Shown: positions 9,128 through 17,265 of the stretch, piece after piece
How the letters are laid out: every line of letters begins with the position of its first letter
Position numbering within the stretch: the stretch's first letter is position 1
DNA from: an uncultured Solirubrobacteraceae bacterium
GTDB taxonomy: Bacteria > Actinomycetota > Thermoleophilia > Solirubrobacterales > Solirubrobacteraceae
DNA: 64,000 nt
NCBI GenBank assembly: GCA_963838405.1
Contig: CAWIRA010000005.1
Coordinates: forward strand, 83,071-147,070
Direction: 5' to 3'
Notes under the pieces: generated by a model
The model's database searches: none
What the model was told of the DNA's origin: nothing
The model's input: only the letters and a program-made list of their open reading frames with translations
Translations under genes and position numbers: made by a program

Positions 9128-10747
9128 GTGCGCGTGCTGATCTTCCACGGTTACCTGCTCGAGGGGACCGGCTCGAACGTCTACAACGCCCAGCTCGCGA
9201 CGGCGCTGGTGGGCCTCGGGCACGAGGTGCACCTGCTCAGTCAGGACCGCCACTCCGAGCGCCAGCCGTTCGTCGACGCGGTGGCCGACTGGGATGACGG
9301 GACGCTGCGCCTGCGTGAGCTCGAGCGTCCGCTGCGGGCGCACGATCAGCCCCGGCGCGGCCGCTGTGTCGTCTACCGTCCCGACATCGGCGACCTGCTG
9401 CCCGTGTACGTGGCCGACCGCTACGAGGGCGTCCAAGCGCGCATCTTCGCGCGCTGCAGCGACGCGGAGCTCGCGCGCTATCTCGACGCGAACGTCGCTG
9501 CGGTTACCGACGTAGTCGCGCTCGCCGCTCCGCAGCTGGCGCTCGCCAACCACCTGATCATGGGCCCGGCGATCCTCGCCCGGGCGCTGCCCCAGACGGT
9601 CCCGTATGCGGTCAAGGTTCACGGCAGCGCGCTCGAGTACACCGTCAAGCCGGAACCGGAGCGCTTCCTGAGGTTCGCCAGTGAGGGGCTGGCGCGCGCC
9701 CGCGCGGTGCTCGTCGGCTCGCGCCACACTGCGCTCAGCCTGTGGCGCACGCTCCCGGACCCGGAGCTGCCGCGCCGCACGCGGCTGGGACCCCCGGGCG
9801 TCGACGTCACGCGCTTTGCGCCGCGCGAGCCCGCGCGTGCCGCGGCTGGCGTACGCGAGCTCGCCGCGCGGCTGCGCACCGGCGCGGCGGAGGCGCTCGC
9901 GGGAGGCGAGGGCGAGGGCGAGCAGCCGGCCGACGCGGGAGCGTTCGGGCGTGATCTGCCCGGCGCCGCTCGCGCCGTCTCGCGGCTCGATCCCGAGCGC
10001 GATGCGCTGGTGGCGTTCGTGGGCAAGCTGATCGTCAGCAAGGGCATCGATCTGCTCGTCGCGGCGTGGCCACTGGTGCTTGAGGCGACGCCACAAGCGC
10101 GCTTGGTCGTCGTCGGCTTCGGCGCCTACCAGGACGGCATCGAACGCCTTTGCGCCGCCCTCGTCACGGGCGATCTCGAGCGGGCACGCGAGCTGGCGCA
10201 CGCGGGCCGGGCGCTCGAGGATGCCTCGCGGCCTGAGCAGCCGCTGCATCATCTGCTCGCGTTCCTCGACAGCCTGCAGGGCAGCGAGCGCGATCGCTAC
10301 CTGGGTGCCGCTCGTCAGCTCGAGCAGCGCCTGGTGCTGACGGGCAGACTCGAGCACGAGGAGCTCGCCGATCTGCTCCCCGCCTGCGCCGCGGTCGTCG
10401 TGCCGAGCACGTTCCCGGAGGCTTTCGGGATGGTCGCCGCCGAGGCGGCGGCGTGCGGCGCGATGCCGATCAGCGCGGCGCACTCCGGGCTGGCCGAGGT
10501 CAGCATGGTGCTGGCGCGCGCGATCCCCGAGGAGGCGGCCGCGTGGCTGTCGTTCACCATCGATGACGACGCCGTGCGGGCGCTTGCCGCGGCGATCAGC
10601 GGCTGGCTGTCGGCGGCCGCGGAGCTACGCGCATGGACACGCGCGGGGCTCGTCGCGACGGTGCGCAAGCGCTGGTCGTGGGAGGGCGTCGCACGCGGCG
10701 TGATCGCAGCCGCGAGCGGCGATCTGGACACACTCGCGGAGCCGTGA
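9128..10747 (+). CDS. Glycosyltransferase family 4 (GT-B)
   Basis: MRVLIFHGYLLEGTGSNVY, FVGKLIVSKG, PSTFPEAFGMVAAEAAACG; start refined by -10 TAGGCT. Confidence 0.88.
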   Translation: MRVLIFHGYLLEGTGSNVYNAQLATALVGLGHEVHLLSQDRHSERQPFVDAVADWDDGTLRLRELERPLRAHDQPRRGRCVVYRPDIGDLLPVYVADRYEGVQARIFARCSDAELARYLDANVAAVTDVVALAAPQLALANHLIMGPAILARALPQTVPYAVKVHGSALEYTVKPEPERFLRFASEGLARARAVLVGSRHTALSLWRTLPDPELPRRTRLGPPGVDVTRFAPREPARAAAGVRELAARLRTGAAEALAGGEGEGEQPADAGAFGRDLPGAARAVSRLDPERDALVAFVGKLIVSKGIDLLVAAWPLVLEATPQARLVVVGFGAYQDGIERLCAALVTGDLERARELAHAGRALEDASRPEQPLHHLLAFLDSLQGSERDRYLGAARQLEQRLVLTGRLEHEELADLLPACAAVVVPSTFPEAFGMVAAEAAACGAMPISAAHSGLAEVSMVLARAIPEEAAAWLSFTIDDDAVRALAAAISGWLSAAAELRAWTRAGLVATVRKRWSWEGVARGVIAAASGDLDTLAEP

Positions 10748-10811
10748 GCGCCGGCTTGGGGTGACGGCCAAAATGTTGCCCGCGCGCCGCCGGGTCGGAT
10801 AGGGTTTCGCC

Positions 10812-11600
10812 GTGCGCTTCCCGCGAGCAAGCAGCCGTGCACCAGGCGACGGACCGTATGCGCGGCGCGCGGTTAGCCGCACCGCTGGCGCGGCGCTGCT
10901 GGTAGTGCTCGCGCTCGGCACTACGGGCTGTGCAGTCAAGGGTGAGGACAACGCGAACCTGATCGTCGGCAAGCAGGCGTTCGTCGCCAAGTGCGGCTCG
11001 TGTCACGCGCTCGCCCACGCCGACACCAAGGGCATCGTCGGTCCCGATCTCGACGAAGTCTTCCGCACGAGCATCGCCGAAGGCCTGCAGCGAAACGCTG
11101 TGCGCACGGTCGTCGAAGGCCAGGTCCAGAACCCCAACCCCGACGGGGTGATGCCGAAAGACCTCGCCAGCGGCTCCACGCTGACGGACATCGCCGCCTA
11201 CGTCGCCCAGGTGGCCGCCAAGCCCGGCGCCGACACGGGCCTGCTGGCGAGCGCGGTCGAAGCGCCCGGGGCGGGCAAGCCCGCGGTCGAGAAGGCGGGC
11301 AAGCTGGACATCGACGCCAACCCCGCCGGCGAGCTGGCGTACACGACCACCAAGGCCGAAGCGCAGCCGGGCGCCGTCACGATCGAAATGGCGAACATGT
11401 CGGGCGTCTCGCACAACATCGCCGTGGAACCCGGCGAAAATGGCGCCACGCAGAAGACCGCGGCGATCGGCGCCAGCTCATTCATCACGAAGGGCACGAC
11501 GTCCGTGACCGTCAACCTGAAACCGGGCAAGTACACGTTCTTCTGCGAGGCTCCCGGCCACCGCGCCGCGGGGATGTACGGCACGCTCACCGTGAAGTAG
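10812..11600 (+). CDS. Cytochrome c - cupredoxin (type 1 copper) fusion lipoprotein
   Basis: Lipobox TTGC, CGSCH heme motif with distal GVMP, then HNI and CEAPGHRAAGM copper ligands. Confidence 0.88.
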   Translation: MRFPRASSRAPGDGPYARRAVSRTAGAALLVVLALGTTGCAVKGEDNANLIVGKQAFVAKCGSCHALAHADTKGIVGPDLDEVFRTSIAEGLQRNAVRTVVEGQVQNPNPDGVMPKDLASGSTLTDIAAYVAQVAAKPGADTGLLASAVEAPGAGKPAVEKAGKLDIDANPAGELAYTTTKAEAQPGAVTIEMANMSGVSHNIAVEPGENGATQKTAAIGASSFITKGTTSVTVNLKPGKYTFFCEAPGHRAAGMYGTLTVK

Positions 11601-11614
11601 CCGGCGTCGCGGCG

Positions 11615-11749
11615 CTAGAGGATCACGCGCACGATCACGGCGAGTACGGCGATCACCACGAACACCGCGATCGCGTACAGCAGCAGCCGGAACGCCTCGG
11701 CCTCAGAGCGCAACGGGTTCAGCTTCAGCGATCGAGGATCGAACCTCAC
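11615..11749 (-). CDS. 44-aa single-TM protein at end of oxidase operon
   Basis: MRFDPRSLKLNPLRSEAEAFRLLLYAIAVFVVIAVLAVIVRVIL; starts 16 nt after ctaE stop. Confidence 0.65.
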   Translation of the reverse strand: MRFDPRSLKLNPLRSEAEAFRLLLYAIAVFVVIAVLAVIVRVIL

Positions 11750-11765
11750 GCCGTGTCCACTGCGG

Positions 11766-12404
11766 TCAAAGAACGTAGACGGTCGTAAAGACGACGATCC
11801 ACATGATGTCGACGAAGTGCCAGTAGATGCCCGGCACCTCGACGCCACGGTGTGACTCGGGGCTGTAGTGGCCGCGGAAGGCGCGCACCGTCACGCTCAA
11901 CAGGATCAGCAGGCCGATGAACACGTGCGCGCCGTGTAGGCCTGTGAGCGAGTAGAAGACCGTCTGCTGCGCGTGGTCCTGCGGCGCGAAGCCAAGGTTC
12001 GCGTACTCGTTGATCTGGATGAACAGAAACGTGCAGCCGAGCAGGAACGTTGTCAGCATCCCGGCCTTGAAGCCGAAGCGGTTGCCGCGCTTGATCGATG
12101 CCTCAGCCCAATGCAGCGTAAACGATGAGGACACAAGGATCAGCGTGTTCACGAGCGCGACAGGTACCGGCAGGTGCATGCCGGGTGCGGGCCACGGTTC
12201 GCCTTCGGCGATGCGGATGAAGAAGTAGGCGGTGAAGAACGCCCCGAAGATCATCACCTCGGAGATGATGAAAAGCATCATTCCCAGCAGCGGCGCGTCG
12301 ACCCGCGAGCTGTGGTTCGCAGGGGGCGGCCCGTGGTGCTCGCCCGTGTCCCCGTGGGCGTGGCCGGCGCCGCCTGCCGGGTGGGAGATGCTGGCTGCCT
12401 CCAT
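11766..12404 (-). CDS. ctaE: Cytochrome c oxidase subunit III (short form)
   Basis: FIISEVMIFGAFF, NTLILVSSS, TGLHGAHV, YWHFVDIMW; ATG at 12404. Confidence 0.95.
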   Translation of the reverse strand: MEAASISHPAGGAGHAHGDTGEHHGPPPANHSSRVDAPLLGMMLFIISEVMIFGAFFTAYFFIRIAEGEPWPAPGMHLPVPVALVNTLILVSSSFTLHWAEASIKRGNRFGFKAGMLTTFLLGCTFLFIQINEYANLGFAPQDHAQQTVFYSLTGLHGAHVFIGLLILLSVTVRAFRGHYSPESHRGVEVPGIYWHFVDIMWIVVFTTVYVL

Positions 12405-12414
12405 GCTCGGCCTG

Positions 12415-13257
12415 CTATCCGGCCTGCGACGCGACGGTCGCGGCCTGTGTGTCGACGACGACGTGTTCAACCGGCACCGGCGTTGCGCCGCGCACGCGCT
12501 CGATCAGGTTGGAACGCATCCAGCCCGAGCGCTCTCCCGGCAGCGTCGAGATGACCACATCGTCGACGTGGAAAAGCTCGAGCGCGTTGATCGTCGCCGT
12601 GTACGGATCCGGGTCGCCGATCATGCCCGAGCTCAACAGCCCGGCGGCGTGCAGCCGGTCGAGCATGCTCGCCAGGCGTTCGCGCGCCTCGCGCGGCGCG
12701 CCGCCGCTGCCATCGAGCTGGGGCACGACGGCGATGAACAGCCGCGCGTCGGCTTCGCCCGCCTTCGCGAGCAGGTGCGCGATCAGCTCCTCGCCGCTGG
12801 AGGTCTTGTGCGCGACCACCAGCGTGACCTTCACCGACAGCCCTTCCTGGTCGATGTCGGCCACGATGTGCTCGACCGGCAGCGCCGTGGCGTTCCGGAC
12901 CCGCTCGATCAGATCCCGTCGCAGCCATCCCGAGTGCTGCATCGGATAGGTCGAGAGGATGATCTCGTCGGGCCGGTGCTGGGCGACGGCGTCCATCGTC
13001 GCCATGAACGCGTCGGAGTCGCCGACCTCGCCGCTCGCCTCGATGCCTTCCGCCGCGACCGCCGACAGCGCCAGATCGACGCGCACCTGCGCAGATTCAC
13101 GGACCGCCTCGTCGTAGATGACGAGACCCGCGGACGGGTTCGTCTGGGGCACGACCAGCCTGAAGCGGACGTCGCCCGACGCAGCACGCTCGCGCACGGC
13201 CTCGCGCAGCTTCTCGCCACCGAGCGTACGGTTGGCGATCACAAGAACTTCCTTCAT
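12415..13257 (-). CDS. Two-repeat USP-like (adenine nucleotide alpha-hydrolase fold) protein
   Basis: Internal duplication VLVIANRTLGG...FRLVVP...GDSD...EIILST.P..SGWLR vs TLVVAHKTSSG...FIAVVP...GDPD...DVVISTLP..SGWMR; the USP fold call is inference. Confidence 0.6.
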   Translation of the reverse strand: MKEVLVIANRTLGGEKLREAVRERAASGDVRFRLVVPQTNPSAGLVIYDEAVRESAQVRVDLALSAVAAEGIEASGEVGDSDAFMATMDAVAQHRPDEIILSTYPMQHSGWLRRDLIERVRNATALPVEHIVADIDQEGLSVKVTLVVAHKTSSGEELIAHLLAKAGEADARLFIAVVPQLDGSGGAPREARERLASMLDRLHAAGLLSSGMIGDPDPYTATINALELFHVDDVVISTLPGERSGWMRSNLIERVRGATPVPVEHVVVDTQAATVASQAG

Positions 13258-13273
13258 CGGGTTTGCCTCCTCG

Positions 13274-15178
13274 TCATTGGCTTGGTGCGTGCGCGACGCC
13301 GGTCCCCGCTCCCACCGGGGTTGGCGCCGGTCCGAGGATGCCGTGGACAGCGCCCGGAACGCCGTACTCGTACGGCCCGCCCACGACCGTCGGAACGCGG
13401 TCGAAGTTGAAGATCGGCGGTGGCGAGGAGACCTGCCACTCGAGCGTCATGCTGCGCCAGGGGTTGTCGCCCGCGATCGGGCCGCCGCGCCAGCTAGTGA
13501 CGATGTTGTAGAGGAAGATCAGCATGCTCAGGCCCAGGCCGAAGCTCGCGATCGAGATGAACAGGTTGAGGTCGGCGAACTTCGCTGCGTAGGTGGCAAC
13601 GCGCCGCGGCATGCCCTGCAGGCCGAGGACGTGCATCGGGCCGAAGGTCAGGTTCATGAGGATGAACGTCGTCCAGAAATGCCACTTGCCGAGACGCTCG
13701 TCATACATGCGTCCGGTCATCTTCGGGAACCAGTAATACACGCCAGCGAAGATCGTCATCAGCGAGCCGCCGAACAGCACATAGTGAATATGGGCGACGA
13801 TGAAATAGGTGGAGCTGACGTCGATGTCGAACGGCACCATCGCCAGCATGATCCCGCTGATCCCGCCAAGCGTGAAGGTGGTGATGAAACCAAGCGCGAA
13901 CAGCATCGGTGTGTCGAGGTGAAGCACCCCTCGCCACAGCGTCGCCAGCCACGAGAACACCTTGATGCCGGTTGGCACCGCGATGATCGCGGTCGTGATC
14001 GACATCGGGATGCGGATCCACGCAGCCATGCCGGAGGTGAACATGTGGTGCGCCCACACCGTGAAGCCGAGCCCGACGATCGCCAGCAGCGAGAAAGCCA
14101 TCATGCGGTAGCCAAAGATCGGCTTGCGGGCCTTCACGGCGATGACTTCGCTGATGATCCCGAAGCCGGGCAAGATCATGATGTACACCGCCGGGTGTGA
14201 GTAGAACCAGAAGATGTGTTGGTACATCAGCACGTTGCCGCCCGCCGCTGCGTTGAAGAAGTTAAAGCCGAGCGCCCGGTCGAGCAGCACCATGAACTGC
14301 GACGCGGCGATGAACGGCGTGGCGATCACAACCAGCAGCGATGTCGCGAAGTTCGCCCACACCAGCAGCGGCATCCGGAAGAAGCTCATGCCCGGTGCGC
14401 GCATCGTGATGATCGTGACCAGGAAGTTGAGCGCGGTCATGATCGAGGAGGCGCCTGCGAACTGCACGCCGATCGAGAAGAAGTCCTGCCCGATCGGCGA
14501 GTTGGTTGACAGCGGCGCGTACGCCGTCCAGCCGTCCGCGAACGCCCCGCCGGGCGCCAGGAAGCTGAGCAGCATGATCGTTCCGGCCACGGGCAGCAGC
14601 CAGAACGACAGCGCGTTCAGGCGCGGGAACGCCATGTCCGGGGCGCCGATCATCAGCGGGATCACGAAGTTGCCGAAGCCGGCGAACACCGGCACCATGA
14701 ACAGGAAGATCAAGATCGTCGCGTGGACCGAGAACAGGCCGTTGAACGTGTTGGCGCTGACGAAGTGCGACCCCGGCTGCGCCAGCTGCGCCCGCATCAG
14801 CATCGCCAGCAGCCCGCCGATCAGCAGGAAGATGAACGAGTTCACCAGGTACTGCACGCCGATCACCTTGTGGTCGGTGTTGATGCGGAAGTAGTCCTTC
14901 CACGTGCGCGCGCCGTGACCGGAGTGATCCTCGGGGCGGGTAGGACGGCCCGTGGCCCAGTAGAACCAGTAGTCGAAGCCGCCGATGCCGACGAGGAACG
15001 CCAGCGGCACCGCGAGCAGCGCCACCGTCAGGATCGCTTCGCCCTTGATGAAGTGCGTGAAGGTCGTGTGTCCGGTGGACATCCGCACGACCCACGTCAG
15101 CAGCACCGAAAAGCCGACGGCGGCGACCATCAGCCAGGCGGCGCGATAGAAGCCCGGGCCTCGGAGCTTCGCTGCCAT
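13274..15178 (-). CDS. ctaD: Cytochrome c oxidase subunit I, A2-type
   Basis: TDHKVIG, WFYSHPAVY (YS motif), WAHHMF, PTGIK, AHIHYV, GMPRR. Confidence 0.97.
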   Translation of the reverse strand: MAAKLRGPGFYRAAWLMVAAVGFSVLLTWVVRMSTGHTTFTHFIKGEAILTVALLAVPLAFLVGIGGFDYWFYWATGRPTRPEDHSGHGARTWKDYFRINTDHKVIGVQYLVNSFIFLLIGGLLAMLMRAQLAQPGSHFVSANTFNGLFSVHATILIFLFMVPVFAGFGNFVIPLMIGAPDMAFPRLNALSFWLLPVAGTIMLLSFLAPGGAFADGWTAYAPLSTNSPIGQDFFSIGVQFAGASSIMTALNFLVTIITMRAPGMSFFRMPLLVWANFATSLLVVIATPFIAASQFMVLLDRALGFNFFNAAAGGNVLMYQHIFWFYSHPAVYIMILPGFGIISEVIAVKARKPIFGYRMMAFSLLAIVGLGFTVWAHHMFTSGMAAWIRIPMSITTAIIAVPTGIKVFSWLATLWRGVLHLDTPMLFALGFITTFTLGGISGIMLAMVPFDIDVSSTYFIVAHIHYVLFGGSLMTIFAGVYYWFPKMTGRMYDERLGKWHFWTTFILMNLTFGPMHVLGLQGMPRRVATYAAKFADLNLFISIASFGLGLSMLIFLYNIVTSWRGGPIAGDNPWRSMTLEWQVSSPPPIFNFDRVPTVVGGPYEYGVPGAVHGILGPAPTPVGAGTGVAHAPSQ

Positions 15179-15279
15179 CAGCGTGCCTCCGGTGAAAGCA
15201 TCAGATCGAAGCCATCTAGCACGAGCCCATCTCCCACGAGCCGGTCTCCCATCAAGCGGTCGCCTTCTGCAAGCAACAC
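15178..15279 (-). CDS. Candidate 33-aa micro-ORF bridging ctaC and ctaD
   Basis: GTG overlaps ctaC TAG by 1 nt and TGA overlaps ctaD ATG by 1 nt; could instead be the ctaC tail if the G7 run is miscalled. Confidence 0.35.
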   Translation of the reverse strand: MLLAEGDRLMGDRLVGDGLVLDGFDLMLSPEAR

Positions 15280-16043
15280 TATCCGCTCGCCCCCCCGCCA
15301 GTCGAGCTGCTCGCGCCGGCGCGCAGCTGGCTCCTGATCCACGTCTGGAACGCCGCTGGCGTGACCACGTGCACGGTCGTGCGCATCAACGAATGGCCCA
15401 CCCCGCAGAGCAGGTTGCACACGGCGACGTAGTTGCCGAGGCGGTTCGGGGTGACCTGGATATGCGTGGTGATGCCGGGCACGACATCCTCCTGCACGCG
15501 GAACGCAGGGACGTAGAAGGCGTGGATGACGTCCTTGGAGCGCATGTTGAAGTACACGGGCCGATTGTCGGGGAGATAGAGGTCGTAGCTGTTGATCGTC
15601 GCGCCACCGGTCACCGACCGCGGATACTGGAAGGACCAGTAGAACTGCTGTCCGGTGATGCCGATCTGCAGCTCGTGCGCGGGTTTCTTTTCGTTATCGG
15701 CCAAGATCACGAACGAGTAGCCGACCATCCCGAGCATCAGGATCGCCGGGATCGCCGTCCAGAAGACCTCCAGGCGCGTGTTGCCGTGTATAGGCGCACC
15801 GTCCAGGAGCTCTTGGCCCGGGCGCAGGTGGAACTGCCACACGCAGAACAGGATCACCGCGACGACCAGCACGAAGATCGGGATCGACGCGATCATCAGC
15901 ACGTGGTAGAGGATGTCGGTGTTGTGGGCCTGGGTCGAAGCCTGGACCGGGAACCAATGGATTGCGTAGCTGAGCCAGATCCCGAGCGCCACGGCGATCA
16001 CCGCGAGAACGCCCGCAACGATCATCGAGCGTCGGCTAGGCAT
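15279..16043 (-). CDS. ctaC: Cytochrome c oxidase subunit II (CuA), partner of the A2-type subunit I
   Basis: IHGNTRLEVFWT, GQQFYWSF, DVIHAF, CNLLCGVGHSLM. Confidence 0.96.
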   Translation of the reverse strand: MPSRRSMIVAGVLAVIAVALGIWLSYAIHWFPVQASTQAHNTDILYHVLMIASIPIFVLVVAVILFCVWQFHLRPGQELLDGAPIHGNTRLEVFWTAIPAILMLGMVGYSFVILADNEKKPAHELQIGITGQQFYWSFQYPRSVTGGATINSYDLYLPDNRPVYFNMRSKDVIHAFYVPAFRVQEDVVPGITTHIQVTPNRLGNYVAVCNLLCGVGHSLMRTTVHVVTPAAFQTWIRSQLRAGASSSTGGGASG

Positions 16044-16161
16044 GCGCGCCCGCGTGTTCCCGCATCAAAAATCCCTGTGCGCCTGTCGGCTCCATCCCGC
16101 CGCTGATCCTAACCCGTCCGCCGACGGATAGCTAGACCTTTTCGGCGCCGCTGGCGAGCAC

Positions 16162-16190
16162 TTGACGGCGAGGCTCGCGAGCACTAGATT
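16162..16190 (+). promoter_or_regulatory. Sigma70-type promoter of the CBS gene
   Basis: TTGACG-N17-TAGATT. Confidence 0.7.
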
Positions 16191-16299
16191 GAGGCAATAG
16201 TTGCAAGTGCTCGGAGGGGCGTCCCTCCGGGCAGGTTGACCGCAGGAGCGTTGCCGTTGCGCCATCGATGGAGCATCTGAGCGGGAGGTGGGAGCGAGC

Positions 16300-16713
16300 A
16301 TGCAAGTCCAGCAAGGCATGAGCGAGATGGTCCTCACAGTCGGTCCCAGCCACACGCTGCGCGAGGTCGCGAAGCTGATGGCGCAGCGGCGCGTGGGCGC
16401 GGCCGTGGTCATGGACCCGGACGGCCCTGGCCCGGGCATCATCACCGAGCGCGACATCCTCGTGGCGCTCGGCGCCGGCGAGGATCCGGACCACGAGCAG
16501 GTCATCGACCATCTGACGCGCGACGTCGTCTTCGCTGCGCCCGACTGGTCGCTGGAGGAGGCCGCGGCGGCGATGGTTCGCGGCGGCTTCCGTCACCTGA
16601 TCGTCCTCCAGCGCGGCGAGACCATCGGTGTGCTGTCCGTGCGCGACATCGTGCGCTGCTGGACCGACGACGGTGCGATCTGCTCGGTGCCCGCCAGGGT
16701 AGCCGTGGGGTGA
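16300..16713 (+). CDS. Stand-alone tandem CBS-domain protein
   Basis: GPGIITERDI, FRHLIV, GVLSVRDIV; RBS GGAG before ATG 16300. Confidence 0.9.
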   Translation: MQVQQGMSEMVLTVGPSHTLREVAKLMAQRRVGAAVVMDPDGPGPGIITERDILVALGAGEDPDHEQVIDHLTRDVVFAAPDWSLEEAAAAMVRGGFRHLIVLQRGETIGVLSVRDIVRCWTDDGAICSVPARVAVG

Positions 16714-16721
16714 ACGGGGGA

Positions 16722-16756
16722 GGTGGCAGGCCTGCTTTGGGGAGCAGGCTGCCACC
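16722..16756 (+). terminator. GC-rich hairpin after the CBS gene
   Basis: GGTGGCAG-G-CCTGCT/TTGGGG/AGCAGG-CTGCCACC, no U tract. Confidence 0.55.
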
Positions 16757-16765
16757 ACCACGGCC

Positions 16766-16870
16766 CCAGCGGACCGTCGACGCGGCGCGGACCGGTGTCC
16801 TCGGTCGCTCGCGTGCCTTCGCACGCCACGCTTCCTGCGTCCTTGGTCCGCTTGGTCGACGGCCCGCTGG
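16766..16870 (-). repeat. Structured dispersed element, copy B
   Basis: CCAGCGGACCGTCGAC...GTCGACGGCCCGCTGG terminal stem; core matches copy A at 40 of 45 non-loop positions. Confidence 0.8.
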
Positions 16871-16909
16871 TCGATGATTCGGCGGCCGAGCGGGGCGCGC
16901 GACCTGCGT

Positions 16910-17137
16910 CTAGCGGTGGTCTAGCGGGAGTTCGTTGACTTCGCGGCGCGTGTCTTTGATCCAGAGTGCGATGCAGACGACCGTCAGGATCCCGCCGATG
17001 ACGGTGAACTCGATGAACGTGGTGACGCCGACCAGCGTGAGCGTAATACCCACGGCGGTCAGCAGCGGCAGGATGCTTGGCCCGGGAAGGTGGATCTCCT
17101 CGCCGACGGGCGGCACGTCAGGATCGACGGGGCTCAT
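16910..17137 (-). CDS. 75-aa two-TM protein, cytochrome c oxidase subunit IV (CtaF-like)
   Basis: GEEIHLPGPSILPLL...WIKD pattern; ATGA-coupled at the end of the ctaC-ctaD-ctaB operon. Confidence 0.7.
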   Translation of the reverse strand: MSPVDPDVPPVGEEIHLPGPSILPLLTAVGITLTLVGVTTFIEFTVIGGILTVVCIALWIKDTRREVNELPLDHR

Positions 17138-17247
17138 GAGATGTACGCGGCGGCGACGACGAACGTCAGGCCGAACATGAACATGCAGATCGCGGCCACG
17201 ATCAGCCCGGTGATGATGTTCTTGCGTGCGAGGCGGCGGGTCATCAT
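17134..17247 (-). CDS. 37-aa single-TM protein downstream of ctaB
   Basis: MMTRRLARKNIITGLIVAAICMFMFGLTFVVAAAYIS; ATGA overlap with next gene; below ORF-track cutoff. Confidence 0.65.
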   Translation of the reverse strand: MMTRRLARKNIITGLIVAAICMFMFGLTFVVAAAYIS

Positions 17248-17265
17248 GGGCGTGAAGATTACCGC

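Noticed and set aside
16191-16299. Riboswitch in the CBS 5' leader
   Set aside because: Only a short GGAGGG-GCGT-CCCTCC hairpin; no aptamer consensus recognised by eye
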